Shown here: in pieces, positions 35,757 through 48,129 of the stretch
Position numbering within the stretch: the first letter of the stretch is position 1
Layout: each line of letters starts with the position of its first letter
Source of the DNA: Octopus bimaculoides
Lineage: Eukaryota
DNA length: 48,573 nucleotides
Reading direction: 5' to 3'
Assembly: GCF_001194135.2 (NCBI RefSeq)
Contig: NC_068982.1
Coordinates: 127,821,389-127,869,961, forward strand
Notes under the pieces: generated by a model
Told to the model about the DNA's origin: nothing
The model's database searches: none
What the model saw: only the letters and a program-made list of their open reading frames with translations
Made by a program: the position numbers and the translations under genes

Positions 35757-36955
35757 CAGTGGCGACTCCGGCACTCGGGCTGTTCGGGCTTAACCCAAGT
35801 ATAGATTTGGTAAAGTGAACGTGTATTTACAAGCTGATTTAATTTCTGCCAACACCGACTTCAAGTATCTAATTGTAGTCAATAAGTGGGGCTCTTTCTA
35901 CGGAGCCTGGTCGCAGTTCATTTATTTTCGTTCAGCGTCTGGCGATCGTCTTAGATGTACGCAGTGTTAAAAAATATCATTCATAGCAGATGTTCTCTCG
36001 ACATCGTTCACACGCGCCTGACTCGGGTTCAGAAGAGTTGTCATCTATAATCGTAAAAATTAAAAGTAATTCAAATTCAATGTTTTCTTCAAACAATAAA
36101 TTTCTACAGAGATCACGATTTAAATTCCAATCTATGAAAAGTTTCCGTTCTACATCATTCTGAAAGAAACGAAAATTATCCAGCAACTAGAGCTAATACG
36201 AACGAGCCTGGTAGGTGTAAAAGACTAACTGGCATTTCTTGTCAAGAATACAGACGACTGTCAGATCGTTAATGTTTGTTGTGCACTCCGCTGTCATTAT
36301 TTGATTGCTGTTATTCTGTGCACCTGTGTGTAAAAGATCAGTTGTGTTTTGTAGGGTTGCTTTATTTTTACCCATAACGTAGAAAAGGACATAGTGCTAG
36401 ATATAAAAAAAAATAAGCCATTTGGAGCTAGAAATATTGCGGAAAAAAAAAATCTTCGAGCAGGTACACCGACTCCTTCATTGAAAGCTAAAGTTGGAAC
36501 TCGAACATTCCAGATAAAATGGTATGAACAAATTGACTGGCTTTGTGCAAGTCTACTGCTGGCCATGTTTGTTGTTTCAACCAAAAGTTAATCAGTCGTA
36601 GAGAGATGGAGGCTTTAATGATTATAAAAACATCCTGAGTGACTGTAAACATCACAGTAAAACAGTGAGTCATTTAAGTAGTTATAAAAGCTTGAAGACT
36701 TTCGGAAGCTATTAGTGAGTCTGCCAAACTGGAAAAAGAACGGCATAACAAAACGACTGAAGAAAATAGGCAATATTTAAAGCAATTAACAAACGCAATG
36801 TTATACCTGTGTAAACAAGAGTTGCCTTTAAGTGAACATGATGAAGGAAGTGACAGCCTTAATAGAAGAAATTACCATGAACTATTGCAGTTCGACAGTG
36901 TGTTTGCTTCAAGACTAGAGAGGGGTCGAAACAGTTTTCAGGAGTCTCATGCACA
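35757..36955 (+). mobile_element. 5' part of a hAT (Tip100/ZMYM1-like) transposon: left TIR and transposase N-terminus
   Basis: cagtggcgactc at 35757. ORF pieces PFGARNIAEKKNLRAGTPTPSLKAKVGTRTFQIKWYEQIDWLCAS (TTF-type zinc finger) and LYLCKQELPLSEHDEGSDSLNRRNYHELL (DUF4371-like LaxQxLxxRGHDExxxSxNxGNyxELL). Confidence 0.85.
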
Positions 36956-36977
36956 ATATAAAATTACCAAATACAAG

Positions 36978-37625
36978 CTTCAGAAAATTTACAGCTGCTG
37001 TTTTAATATTGTGTAAAAGAAAACAAACATATAAAAAGAATATTTAAACATGAACTCGATCGGTTCGCGTTTTAGCCACTGCCGGGTAGTGTGTTTAATT
37101 TGTTCGCTTAGCACCGCCGCGAATTCCCCCTTGTTTTTCAAAAATCTCCTCTAAATCACAAAATAAGTGGGGGAAATGTGCCCTATTTTTCAAATCCTGG
37201 CAACACCGAAGCTCGAAGCAGGATAATAATCTAATTCTACACTTTATCACATTGAAGAATATAAACACGCTTTTAAGCACAACACGGGGAGTCAAAAAGA
37301 AGCACTACCTTTCACAAGCATTGCGTGAACGACAATGCTGTCTCTCCTAAGCATGAAGCTTTCTATATCAGACATGTGTGCATGCGCACAACAGTCAAAC
37401 ACCGCATCGCTGGAACTGTGAAGCGCACAGTTCTAGACAAGGACTTTTGTATTTTTTCATAAACTAGCGGATGGCTATTGACATTAAGCTTAAGGATTAT
37501 ATAATGTACAAGTATAAAGAAAGAATTAAAGAAAAAAAGACTTGTTATATTGAATGTTATCGATAATATCGAGTGGAAACAGTGGGTGCTGCAGTTTCGC
37601 AGTGTCTATATATGAGCCGCCACTG
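36978..37625 (+). mobile_element. 5'-truncated copy of the 29367-30032 hAT MITE family
   Basis: Aligns from gcttcagaaaat to the right TIR gagccgccactg (37614-37625). Confidence 0.85.
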
Positions 37626-39015
37626 CTCAGTCTTGAGTAAAAGTGCCGAGGTGAGTGCAGTAAAAATGTTTTGTTTTGTTTTGTTTTTCTCTTTAAGCGC
37701 ATTTAGTAAATTTACATCTTCCNNNNNNNNNNNNNNNNNNNNNNNNNNNNNNNNNNNNNNNNNNNNNNNNNNNNNNNNNNNNNNNNNNNNNNNNNNNNNN
37801 NNNNNNNNNNNNNNNNNNNNNNNNNNNNNNNNNNNNNNNNNNNNNNNNNNNNNNNNNNNNNNNNNNNNNNNNNNNNNNNNNNNNNNNNNNNNNNNNNNNN
37901 NNNNNNNNNNNNNNNNNNNNNNNNNNNNNNNNNNNNNNNNNNNNNNNNNNNNNNNNNNNNNNNNNNNNNNNNNNNNNNNNNNNNNNNNNNNNNNNNNNNN
38001 NNNNNNNNNNNNNNNNNNNNNNNNNNNNNNNNNNNNNNNNNNNNNNNNNNNNNNNNNNNNNNNNNNNNNNNNNNNNNNNNNNNNNNNNNNNNNNNNNNNN
38101 NNNNNNNNNNNNNNNNNNNNNNNNNNNNNNNNNNNNNNNNNNNNNNNNNNNNNNNNNNNNNNNNNNNNNNNNNNNNNNNNNNNNNNNNNNNNNNNNNNNN
38201 NNNNNNNNNNNNNNNNNNNNNNNNNNNNNNNNNNNNNNNNNNNNNNNNNNNNNNNNNNNNNNNNNNNNNNNNNNNNNNNNNNNNNNNNNNNNNNNNNNNN
38301 NNNNNNNNNNNNNNNNNNNNNNNNNNNNNNNNNNNNNNNNNNNNNNNNNNNNNNNNNNNNNNNNNNNNNNNNNNNNNNNNNNNNNNNNNNNNNNNNNNNN
38401 NNNNNNNNNNNNNNNNNNNNNNNNNNNNNNNNNNNNNNNNNNNNNNNNNNNNNNNNNNNNNNNNNNNNNNNNNNNNNNNNNNNNNNNNNNNNNNNNNNNN
38501 NNNNNNNNNNNNNNNNNNNNNNNNNNNNNNNNNNNNNNNNNNNNNNNNNNNNNNNNNNNNNNNNNNNNNNNNNNNNNNNNNNNNNNNNNNNNNNNNNNNN
38601 NNNNNTATGTATATTGACAGTGATTTCAAAAAGTGCGAGTCAATCAGCTCCATTTTAGAATTACTGTATAAAAATGGAGTTGACTTCCGCTACACCGGAA
38701 TCCATTCAACTAATTAAGCTAGTGTTGACCATCACCTTAACATCAGTCACTAATAAGAGAAGTTTCTCAACGTTGGATAGAATTCTCTTATATCTGAGAA
38801 GAACAATGCCCCAAGAACGGCTGCCTTCATTAGCTCGTATTTCCATCGAGAGAAGTATTTTGAACGACTTGGAGAACAAGAAGGAGCTGCATGACAGGAT
38901 ATTAAACGAGTTCGCCATCAAACCAAGACGACTGGAGTTCATGTATAAATGGAGTAATTTATATATCAAAACTATATTTCTGTCTTATTGTTAAATTACC
39001 AGTGCACATATAAGT
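37626..39015 (+). pseudogene. hAT transposase middle (to the gap) and C-terminal dimerisation domain (after the gap)
   Basis: SVLSKSAEVSAVKMFCF..SLSAFSKFTSS, then PESIQLIKLVLTITLTSVTNKRSFSTLDRILLYLRRTMPQERLPSLARISIE..EFAIKPRRLEFMYK (hATC: ERSFS.L.RI..YLR.TM.Q.RL..LA..SIE). Confidence 0.9.
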
Positions 39016-39029
39016 TTTTTCGGTTATTC

Positions 39030-39161
39030 GAAATGTCGGAAATTCAGACGTGACTTGTACCTAGAAAATATCTGAAGATATTTTAATAGGATGCGCTAGT
39101 AAGTCGCACCCCCAACATTCAGGGAAAAAAAAGTGCGACTTATAGCCGGGTATATACGGTA
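39030..39161 (+). mobile_element. Possible pogo/Tigger-type MITE 3' end
   Basis: Ends aaaaagtgcgacttatagccgggtatatacggta (..tacggTA terminus recalled for this group); internal mirror gtaagtcgcac / gtgcgacttat. Confidence 0.35.
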
Positions 39162-39524
39162 TGTATTTGTGCGTGCGTGCGTGCGTGCGTGTGTGTGTGT
39201 GCGTATGTGTGCACGCGTGCAAACGTAAAACATATTTTGTTTTCTGTAAAATAAATTTTACATTAGTGTATCTAAAATAAACGCATCATACTTAAATCTA
39301 CGTCTGGAGACCGTAATTTACAGTTTATATATATTTTTTTTATCACTAGATTATTCTACTTAGCTAATCTCTGTAATCACTTGCATTACTTAACTTGTCA
39401 ATTAGAATATTAATTGAGTACGTTCAACATGATAGATAAACAATCTCCGGCTCTGTAGACACGTAAAACTTATATTGGTATAAAATGCATAGTTACACCG
39501 CTAACTTTAGAAATGAAATGAAAA

Positions 39525-39850
<326 letters not shown>

Positions 39851-40414
39851 TAAGCGCTTTAAATTATAATTAACCGCAGGAAGATTTCTATACATGATGT
39901 AGAGTTTATTATAAATTTCAGGTTAGTGACAGTGACCCCGAAGTCATTACTATCGTTTTTAGTATATATGTGTTCACGCGCGCGTATGTATTGCGTCTGT
40001 CGATGTGCTTCTGTGAAGGGAGCACAAACAGTATGAACTCTTTTTGAATCACCTCTTCCCCCCTCTTCTGAAGATGGTGTGTTTCTTTATTCTGTGCCCC
40101 TTACGATGACGAAGATATGCTCCAGTATGGTCAAAACAAAACCTTCATCTCCAGGACTAAGACAGTGCTTCATTGGAAGACGCAACAGCACAGGTGAACT
40201 TATTTACATCTGCAACTGGTTCCGCCTATACTGCTCGCTCCGTGTGCCCTAGTCGTGGTATTTCATTTTCAGAGAAGTACATGCTATCCCAGTTAAAAGG
40301 TCTACTGTTTTCTGGAAATTTTGAATAGTCGAGTCTTGATTAGAGCCCGAAAAAGAGAAACAAAAAATAAATAAAAAGCTGGAGCGCAAAAAGTATACCT
40401 ACATCAAATATTTT

Positions 40415-40612
40415 TTTCTATTCTAGGCAAAGGGCCCGAATTTTGGTGGGAGAGGGCCAGTCAATTAGAACGACTCTAGTACGCAACTGGTACTTAATTT
40501 ATCGATCCTGCAAGGATGAAAAGCAAAGTCGACCTCGGCGGAATTTGAACTCAGAACGTAAAGACAGATGAAATACCGCAAAGCATTTCGCCTGGCGTGC
40601 TAACATTTCTAC
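40415..40612 (-). mobile_element. SINE family A
   Basis: Reverse complement of 24485-24705 (gtcgacctcggcggaatttgaactcagaacgtaaag..gcatttcgcctggcgtgctaac). Confidence 0.9.
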
Positions 40613-40719
40613 CATACCTTATACCTACATCAAATATTATAGAAGCATACGTATTAATTGTAAAGTTTTGAAGCCGTTAAACTAGTAAGAAGCAAAATTG
40701 GAAAAATATGAAGACCTGT

Positions 40720-41007
40720 AAGTTGACCAATATATATCCGTGGGCTTTCCTCTCGTAGACGACAGATAAGAGTTCAGCAATTTCTTACTAAACAAGTCGC
40801 ACATAGTGATTAAACGTTTGTGCTGTTCATCAGGTTACTCCTTCCGTCAAATCGGTAGGGCCAGTATAGGCGTACAGAGCGCCTCGTATCGGATATTTAA
40901 ATTGATCGCAGAGCAATGTGAAAAGGAGTGTTTTGCTCAGGATCACAACACACCGCCTGGCTCGAGAATCGAAAACGTGATCTCGCGATCGTGAGTGCAA
41001 CACTCTA

Positions 41008-41008
<1 letters not shown>
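40720..41008 (-). mobile_element. tRNA-derived SINE, third family
   Basis: The minus strand begins ggtagagtgttgcactcacgatcgcgagatcacgttttcgattctcg (tRNA-like head with degenerate B box), then gtgttgtgatcctgagcaaaacact (core-like block). Confidence 0.65.
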
Positions 41009-41043
<35 letters not shown>

Positions 41044-41394
41044 ACATACATATTTATCAGCGGTGACTCCAGGTCATTAGCATCACTCGGTCTCATCGCA
41101 AATTTCGCATAGGACACATGTATTTTTTCATAAACTAGCGGATGGCTATTGACATTAAGCTTAAGGATTATATAATGTACAAGTATAAAGAAAGAATTAA
41201 AGAAAAAAAGACTTGTTATATTGAATGTTATCGATAATATCGAGTGGAAACAGTGGGTGCTGCAGTTTCGCAGTGCCTATATATGAGCCGCCACTGCTCA
41301 GTCTTGAGTAAAAGTGCCGAGGTGAGTGCAGTAAAAATGTTTTGTTTTGTTTTGTTTGTATGAAATAAGGCAAGAGACGTAATGCACGCTGCAG

Positions 41395-42575
41395 ACTTAT
41401 ATGTACACTGGTAATTTAACAATAAGACAGAAATATAGTTTTGATATATAAATTACTCCATTTATACATGAACTCCAGTCGTCTTGGTTTGATGGCGAAC
41501 TCGTTTAATATCCTGTCATGCAGCTCCTTCTTGTTCTCCAAGTCGTTCAAAATACTTCTCTCGATGGAAATACGAGCTAATGAAGGCAGCCGTTCTTGGG
41601 GCATTGTTCTTCTCAGATATAAGAGAATTCTATCCAACGTTGAGAAACTTCTCTTATTAGTGACTGATGTTAAGGTGATGGTCAACACTAGCTTAATTAG
41701 TTGAATGGATTCCGGTGTAGCGGAAGTCAACTCCATTTTTATACAGTAATTCTAAAATGGAGTTGATTGACTCGCACTTTTTGGAATCACTGTCAATATA
41801 NNNNNNNNNNNNNNNNNNNNNNNNNNNNNNNNNNNNNNNNNNNNNNNNNNNNNNNNNNNNNNNNNNNNNNNNNNNNNNNNNNNNNNNNNNNNNNNNNACT
41901 GTAGGATATCAAAGACTTTTCCTGTCTGAGAAAGTATGTTATGAAAGCAATTGATGAAAAACATGGATGTGAAACCATTCAACTTTGCCAAAAGATTGTC
42001 TGTTTGACAAAGTGTATCTTCATCCTACTTTTCATTAGAGCCCAGAATACTTGTGAAGGCATTTTTCAAGTTTTCATGCAATAGTTTTACGGATGACATA
42101 GTTCTTGATCTATAGCACCATTTTGTTTCGCACAGCGATGAAATACTGACATGAAACTACCTGCAAACGCTTTCCGCGTGGTACTGGAAGATGTAAATTT
42201 ACTAAATGCGCTTAAAGAGAAAAACAAAACAAAACAAAACATGTTTACTGCACTCACCTTCTCTGCACTTTTACTCAAGATTGAGTTAAGTTTAAGCGCA
42301 AAGTAATGAATGAAGTTCGCGTGTTTAAATTCTTTATCCCTTAACTTGCTCTGTACTCCGTTTAGCGTTCCTGTCATTACAGCTGCTCCTTCGTAAGTCT
42401 GGCTCACTAATTTATCTGTAGCATCACTGAAGGGGTTCAATGCAGTTGCGATCACATCAGCCAATCTTGTAGCACTTTTATCATCACTGGCTTCATAGAA
42501 TCCAAGAAATCGTTCATATGTTTTGTCTTCATATACATATCTTATTATGATAGACAGTTGGTCTGGAATTTATAT
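41395..42575 (-). pseudogene. hAT transposase catalytic core and C-terminus, inverted duplicate of 37626-39015
   Basis: QLSIIIRYVYEDKTYERFLGFY, KLVSQTYEGAAVMTG..GVQ..ANFIHYFALKLNSIL (QxYDGAxxMSG; HCxAHxLNL degenerate). Hat C-terminal ORF 41416..41736 is identical in protein to 38674..38994. Confidence 0.9.
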
Positions 42576-42944
42576 GATTATGCAAAAAAAAAATTGTTTT
42601 TTTTTTTTTTTGCAATCCCTCCCACCCCAACTCAATTTTTTCTTTTTTAATTCGTGGTTTTAAAATACGGACAGTCTGAATCTAGCGTTCGTTTTTCTTT
42701 TAATTTCCAACTAATTCTTTAAATACTTCAAAATCAAAATTGCGTAAACTTGTGTGCCAGAAACAGTAGTTAAAAATTAAGGAAATAGATTTTTGGGAGA
42801 TCTCTTATTATGACAGAATTTTATTCCATTATTCTAATATCTTCTGAAACTTATACATATACATGTATAAATGCATATAGAAACATATAAATATACTCAC
42901 ACACACATACATTTTTACAGAGTTAGTTTTATATACATTCTGGT

Positions 42945-42945
42945 T

Positions 42946-43014
<69 letters not shown>

Positions 43015-43015
43015 G

Positions 43016-43089
<74 letters not shown>

Positions 43090-43090
43090 T
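42945..43090. repeat. (TAGA)n/(CAGA)n microsatellite
   Basis: Direct reading. Confidence 0.95.
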
Positions 43091-43598
43091 TTCGGCACAT
43101 CTACACAATTGTGCCCCAAAGATTTGCTTCTTCATAACTTTGAGGAAATTAAATATTTCTTAATGAAATTTTCTACAAACATGCTTTAGATCGTGTAGAT
43201 TCCGATTAAATTGGAATTCATTGTGAAAACCATTTGTCCCTAAAGGAGTTTTAGAAAATTCACACCATTAGCCTTTGTTGTATTATATAAGTATATTCAA
43301 GTGGGTGTATACGTATTGTTTTCGTATCCATTCCATTGTGCAGAAGACAGAATCGAAAATGTTTCATTAGAATTCGTAAAAATAAAAGTTGTAAGGTGTT
43401 TTAACACGTGCTTACATCATAATTCCGCCAATTGGGCGTTCCGCCAATTATTTTTATTAAAGCTTATATCTAATTGTGTGTTATTTTTTCAGTTAACATA
43501 TCTTATTAATTCATCCTTGTTTTTTAATATTAAATGCACATTCTGTTAATAACTGCTTTGTAATATTTCATCTTGTAGGTCTCTGCTTTATCGGATCA

Positions 43599-43619
43599 TC
43601 TATATCTATGTAACTCAAA

Positions 43620-43664
<45 letters not shown>

Positions 43665-45691
43665 TTTTATGCGTTTCCACATTTTTCACCTGATTTTGAT
43701 GAAATTTTTTTATTAAATGGCAAATTTACCCAAGCAGGTCACTGCCTCATACCGATACCTAGAGATATCCACTTCTAGGAGAAAAATTGATAAAACTGAA
43801 AGGACCCACTTATCCACCCACCCACTTTTCGCAAAAATAAGGCAAAAAGTGCAAGCGAGAAAAGTTTTTACAGGAACGTTCGATTTTTTATAATATTCGT
43901 GTCAAAAGGACCGTCATTTTGCGACATTTCAGACAAATATTTTGGCACTGTCTTGAGGCCTCTGATTCCCAAGAAAATTGCGAAAAACTTTGAAAAGAAT
44001 TGATTTTTTGCATTTTTGCAAAGTTACACGGTAGAAAACTTTTTACTGGAAAGTCCGATTTCCTTGGTTTTTACGGCTAAAAAATTACCATGTAACGGCG
44101 ATTCTATCAAGTATCTGTTCTATGTCCAAAGGCATCCCTGTGCGACAAAAAAGCGCGCAACACTGAAAAAATCGATTTTTATACACTTTTTCCCCTTTAA
44201 ATCTTCAAAAACTTCTCACTGCTTCGGTGGATTGCGTTCAAACTTTACACATTATTTACTCATCCTAAGGATAACGTTAGGAGACTACGCTTTGCACAGA
44301 ATTCATCCACGTATGACCAACAATTGCGAAAACTGAGTAGAAAATCGGTTTTTTGCCCTTAAATCACTCATTTTTCACCGAACATTAGGGCCCAGCTTTT
44401 CGGCGACAACTTATCGGGTGACTTCTCCAAGCAACTTCTCACCGTTGGTGATGGCACAACTCCCTCCGATGCAGCTGGAGAGATGGCTATCTCACACGTA
44501 GGTACACTTGTGGACACTGTAGACGATCTTACGTCCGCTGTTTTTCCTGATCTGCACATAAACTACCAAAACCTGAATTGGTTGTGCAAAAGAGCCATAT
44601 AAGCTCCCAAAAACACATTCGTTGCGAAACTCAATGAAGACCTACGGCGAAGCCTTCCTGGAAAACCTTCACACCTACAAGTCTGTGGACACTGTTGAAG
44701 ACCAAGAAGAGGCCGTTAATTTTCCCACAGAATTCCTCAATTCCTTGGACCCCCACCGGACTACCGCCTCATCAATTGCACCTCAAAATTGGGGCTCCGG
44801 TCATGCTGCTGAGGAAACTGGAGCCACCACGTCTGCGCAACAGAACGCGGTTAGTGGTAAAAAATGCACTGCCTCATGTTATTGAAGCAAAAATTCTTAC
44901 GGGTTGCAGCATCAGAGTCGTCTTTATACCCAGGATGCATCTTACGCCATCAGATAAGCAATGCCCTTGTCCTTTGCGTCGACTTCAGTTCCCTCCGACT
45001 TTGCTTTGCCATGTCCATCAACAAGGCCAAACCTAACAACGACAGGCCTCCATTTAGGCCAACCATGCTTCTCACACGGTCAATTATTCGTCGGATGCTC
45101 AAGAGTCCGATGCAAAAAAAAGCCTTTTCGTGTTCGCCCCGAAAGCCAAAACGGAAAATGTCTACCACGAGGTACTGTAGGCCGTCCAACATAACGCAGC
45201 TTACCTGCCGAACAGGTTTATGGTGAGTGAGTACTATTGTTGCCATTCTTTCAAAATTGCCTGTTTTTCTTAAGTCTTTTTTCTTTATATTTTGTCCTCT
45301 ACAACTTCTCAATCTCCTTGCAGATGGCTTGGGTTTTGACATCACTGCACCCACTGCTTTTCCTGTGAACGAAAAAGGACGTTTATACCTGTAAACGGTT
45401 AACAATCCTTTTCAGGGCTATTTTGAGAACGATAACACGGCCCTTTTCAGGGCCACTTTACATTCAATTGTTGCACTCCTTGCGAATCTCTTGTGACTTC
45501 TCCAAGGCTTTTCAACCTGTTGTTACTACTTTATTTATGGTCTATGGGAAAAATCACTTCGTCCTCAATGTCAATGTTTGCAACTTAACGCAAAAAATAT
45601 TCAAAGAGATGTACAACGAAAAAAATGGTAGAACCTATTAAGACCCTTGCCGAGTATCTAATACCCGAGCAACGCCGGGTACTCCTGCTAG
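43599..45691 (+). mobile_element. Internally deleted Helitron with both termini
   Basis: 5' A|TCtatatc at 43598/43599. 3' hairpin cccgagcaacgccggg (45664-45679) followed by CTAG|T (45688-45692). Contains a Pif1 helicase C-terminal remnant. Confidence 0.85.
44370..45185 (+). pseudogene. Helitron Pif1-family helicase C-terminus (frameshifted)
   Basis: TYKSVDTVEDQEEAVNFPTEFLNSLDP/TGLPPHQLHLKIGAPVMLLRKLEPPRLRNRTRLVV..VIEAKILTG..VFIPRM..RRLQFP/LCFAMSINKA/FSHGQLFVGCSRV. Confidence 0.95.
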
Positions 45692-45774
45692 TTAGGAATA
45701 TATTTATGTGTTTCATTCTCGAAATCCTGGGTTGCTATTTTTCACAAGGGTTTTTGTGGTTTCTTTACATTATA

Positions 45775-45822
<48 letters not shown>

Positions 45823-45827
<5 letters not shown>

Positions 45828-46439
45828 TCATAAATATACAGGGATTAGCAATTGAGTTGCTTCTCCAACATACTGAAAATTTAGAAATAGCAGTCAAAGA
45901 ACTACTGATTCCAAACTACAAATTTTTCTCTAAAGCGGATGGCGATATTTATGGCACACATAGAACAAAAACCGGAGGGAAAAGCGTAAACAAACCAAGC
46001 CTTTAGTTAATTGGATCGTTTCATGGTTAAGTGAATGGAAATTTCACTATTCCAAGTGACGCACATGGANNNNNNNNNNNNNNNNNNNNNNNNNNNNNNN
46101 NNNNNNNNNNNNNNNNNNNNNNNNNNNNNNNNNNNNNNNNNNNNNNNNNNNNNNNNNNNNNNNNNNNNNNNNNNNNNNNNNNNNNNNNNNNNNNNNNNNN
46201 NNNNNNNNNNNNNNNNNNNNNNNNNNNNCCATGAAACGATTCGTATCCAATTAACTAAAGGCTTGGTTTGTTTACGCTTTTCCCTCCGGTTTTTTGTTCT
46301 ATGTGTGCCATAAATATCGCCATCCGCTTTAGAGAAAAATTTGTAGTTTGGAATCAGTAGTTCTTTGACTGCTATTTCTAAATTTTCAGTATGTTGGAGA
46401 AGCAACTCAATTGCTAATCCCTGTATATTTATGATGATA
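45823..46439. repeat. Near-perfect ~205-bp inverted repeat centred on an assembly gap (fold-back or mis-assembly)
   Basis: 45823-46026 versus reverse complement of 46229-46439; the differences I can see are a 1-bp homopolymer indel and a 6-bp indel (acgaat). Confidence 0.9.
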
Positions 46440-46679
46440 AATAGTTTTACCGATAAAGGTTTTTTTCATACTGAACTACTTGGCAAAATTGTTAATTATT
46501 AATTCTATTATTAATTGACGATTCTCTGCCCTTATTCTTGTATATATATATATATATATAGCAATTGCAGCTTCGGAGATATTTGTTAGCCATTCAAGGA
46601 AAACAAAGAAAAACGTTAGATTCACTTCAACATTTAATGTTCAAAAACAATTGCAATGTGGAAGGTGTCTGTAAGCCAT

Positions 46680-46779
46680 TTAAGAACACGCAAAAAACTA
46701 TAAGATTCACTTCAAATATTTTGACACAAATTGAATTTAAATGTTGAAGTGAATCTAACGGTTTTTTGCGTGTTCTTAA
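46680..46779. mobile_element. 100-bp hairpin MITE with TTAA ends
   Basis: ttaagaacacgcaaaaaac(tata)agattcacttcaa versus reverse complement ttaagaacacgcaaaaaac(cgtt)agattcacttcaa (33/36). A further half-copy lies at ~46608-46637. Confidence 0.7.
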
Positions 46780-46884
46780 GAACTATCGGCTTACAATCAT
46801 CTTCCACGCTGCAATCGTTTTTGTTTCAACACACGATCTCAGATCAAGTTACTTGCTATGCAAATTCATCTCCGTAATTTAATT

Positions 46885-48055
46885 ATCATTTGTGTCAGAA
46901 TATTCGTTGCTCGACCGGTATCACAGACGAACTTTATCCAGCACAGACACCAGCTGACAGACCAGATTTAACTGATACAATATTTAATATGAAACTTAGG
47001 GATCTCTTACGTGATATTTTGGAGAAGAATGTTTTGGGAGAGGTTGCAAGGTACAGGTGGACTATAGAGTTTCAAAAGTGTGGGACTACCCCATTGTTAT
47101 ATGTTGTTCATATTAAAAAATGATCCAGAACATTATGATAAATTTGTTTATGCAGAACTTCCAAATTCACGAACACAACCAATTCTGTTTGAACATTCAC
47201 CAAAAGCATGCTACATGATCCATGTGGAAGAGATAAACCCAATGCAACATGTATGGTGGATGGGGACTATAAAAAACATTTCCCTAGAGACTTTCAGGCA
47301 AATACATTACACAGTTATAATGGTTATCCATTTAACCCACGTCGAAATAATGGTATTACATTTACGAAGTCTAATGTTGAATTAGATAATCGTTCAGTAG
47401 TACAATATTCCCACTTCTTTTTAGTCAAATATGGAGGTCATTGTAATGTAGAGATATGTGCATCCGTAAAATCAGTTAAATATATTAGAAGGTATATTCA
47501 TAAAGGTCATGATAAGGTGACAGTAAATATTAATGGACAAACCAATGTACAACAAACACAAAAATGAAATTGAAGATTATATCAATGGCCGCTATGTATC
47601 CTCCTCAGAGGTAGTCTGGGGGATTTTAGAGTTCAAATTACATGGCTCATATCCTGCAGTCAAACAGCTTACAGTTCATTTGCCCCAACAGCAATACATT
47701 TACTTTAATGACGATGATGATATTGAACATGTTATCCACACACATGACAGGTCCATTCTCATTGAATGGACGTGAGTTAACCGGGAATCACCAGCTAACT
47801 CATTTGCACATACATTACACTATACTGATTTCCCTGAATTTTACACATGAAATAATAGTGAGAAAATGTGCCATCTCAGAAAAAAATAATACACACTCAA
47901 TTGGGGGTATCTACTTTGCTTCACTAAAGGAACAAGAGCAATTCTATCCGAGAGCTTTGCTATATAATATTCCTGGAGCTACATCATTAAGGCTGCAATG
48001 AAACTGGGTTTAGCACACGATGACCGTGAATACTATCGGACAATGGAGTTTGCAA
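46885..48055 (+). pseudogene. Helitron Rep (HUH endonuclease) domain, frameshifted
   Basis: DRPDLTDTIFNMKLRDLL..WTIEFQKCG/LPHCYML (EFQKRGLPHxH motif), AELP, MLHDPCG..CM..KKHFPRDF..GYP..RR..LDNRSVVQY..HCNVEICASVKSVKYI..YIHKGHD, NEIEDYINGRYVSSSE..W.I..F..H...PAV..L.VHLP. Confidence 0.95.
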
Positions 48056-48129
48056 CTATTTCAGCTTATGTATATATATTACACAAATATATGATACAAT
48101 GTAAAATACGCTATCTTAAAGATAACGTG

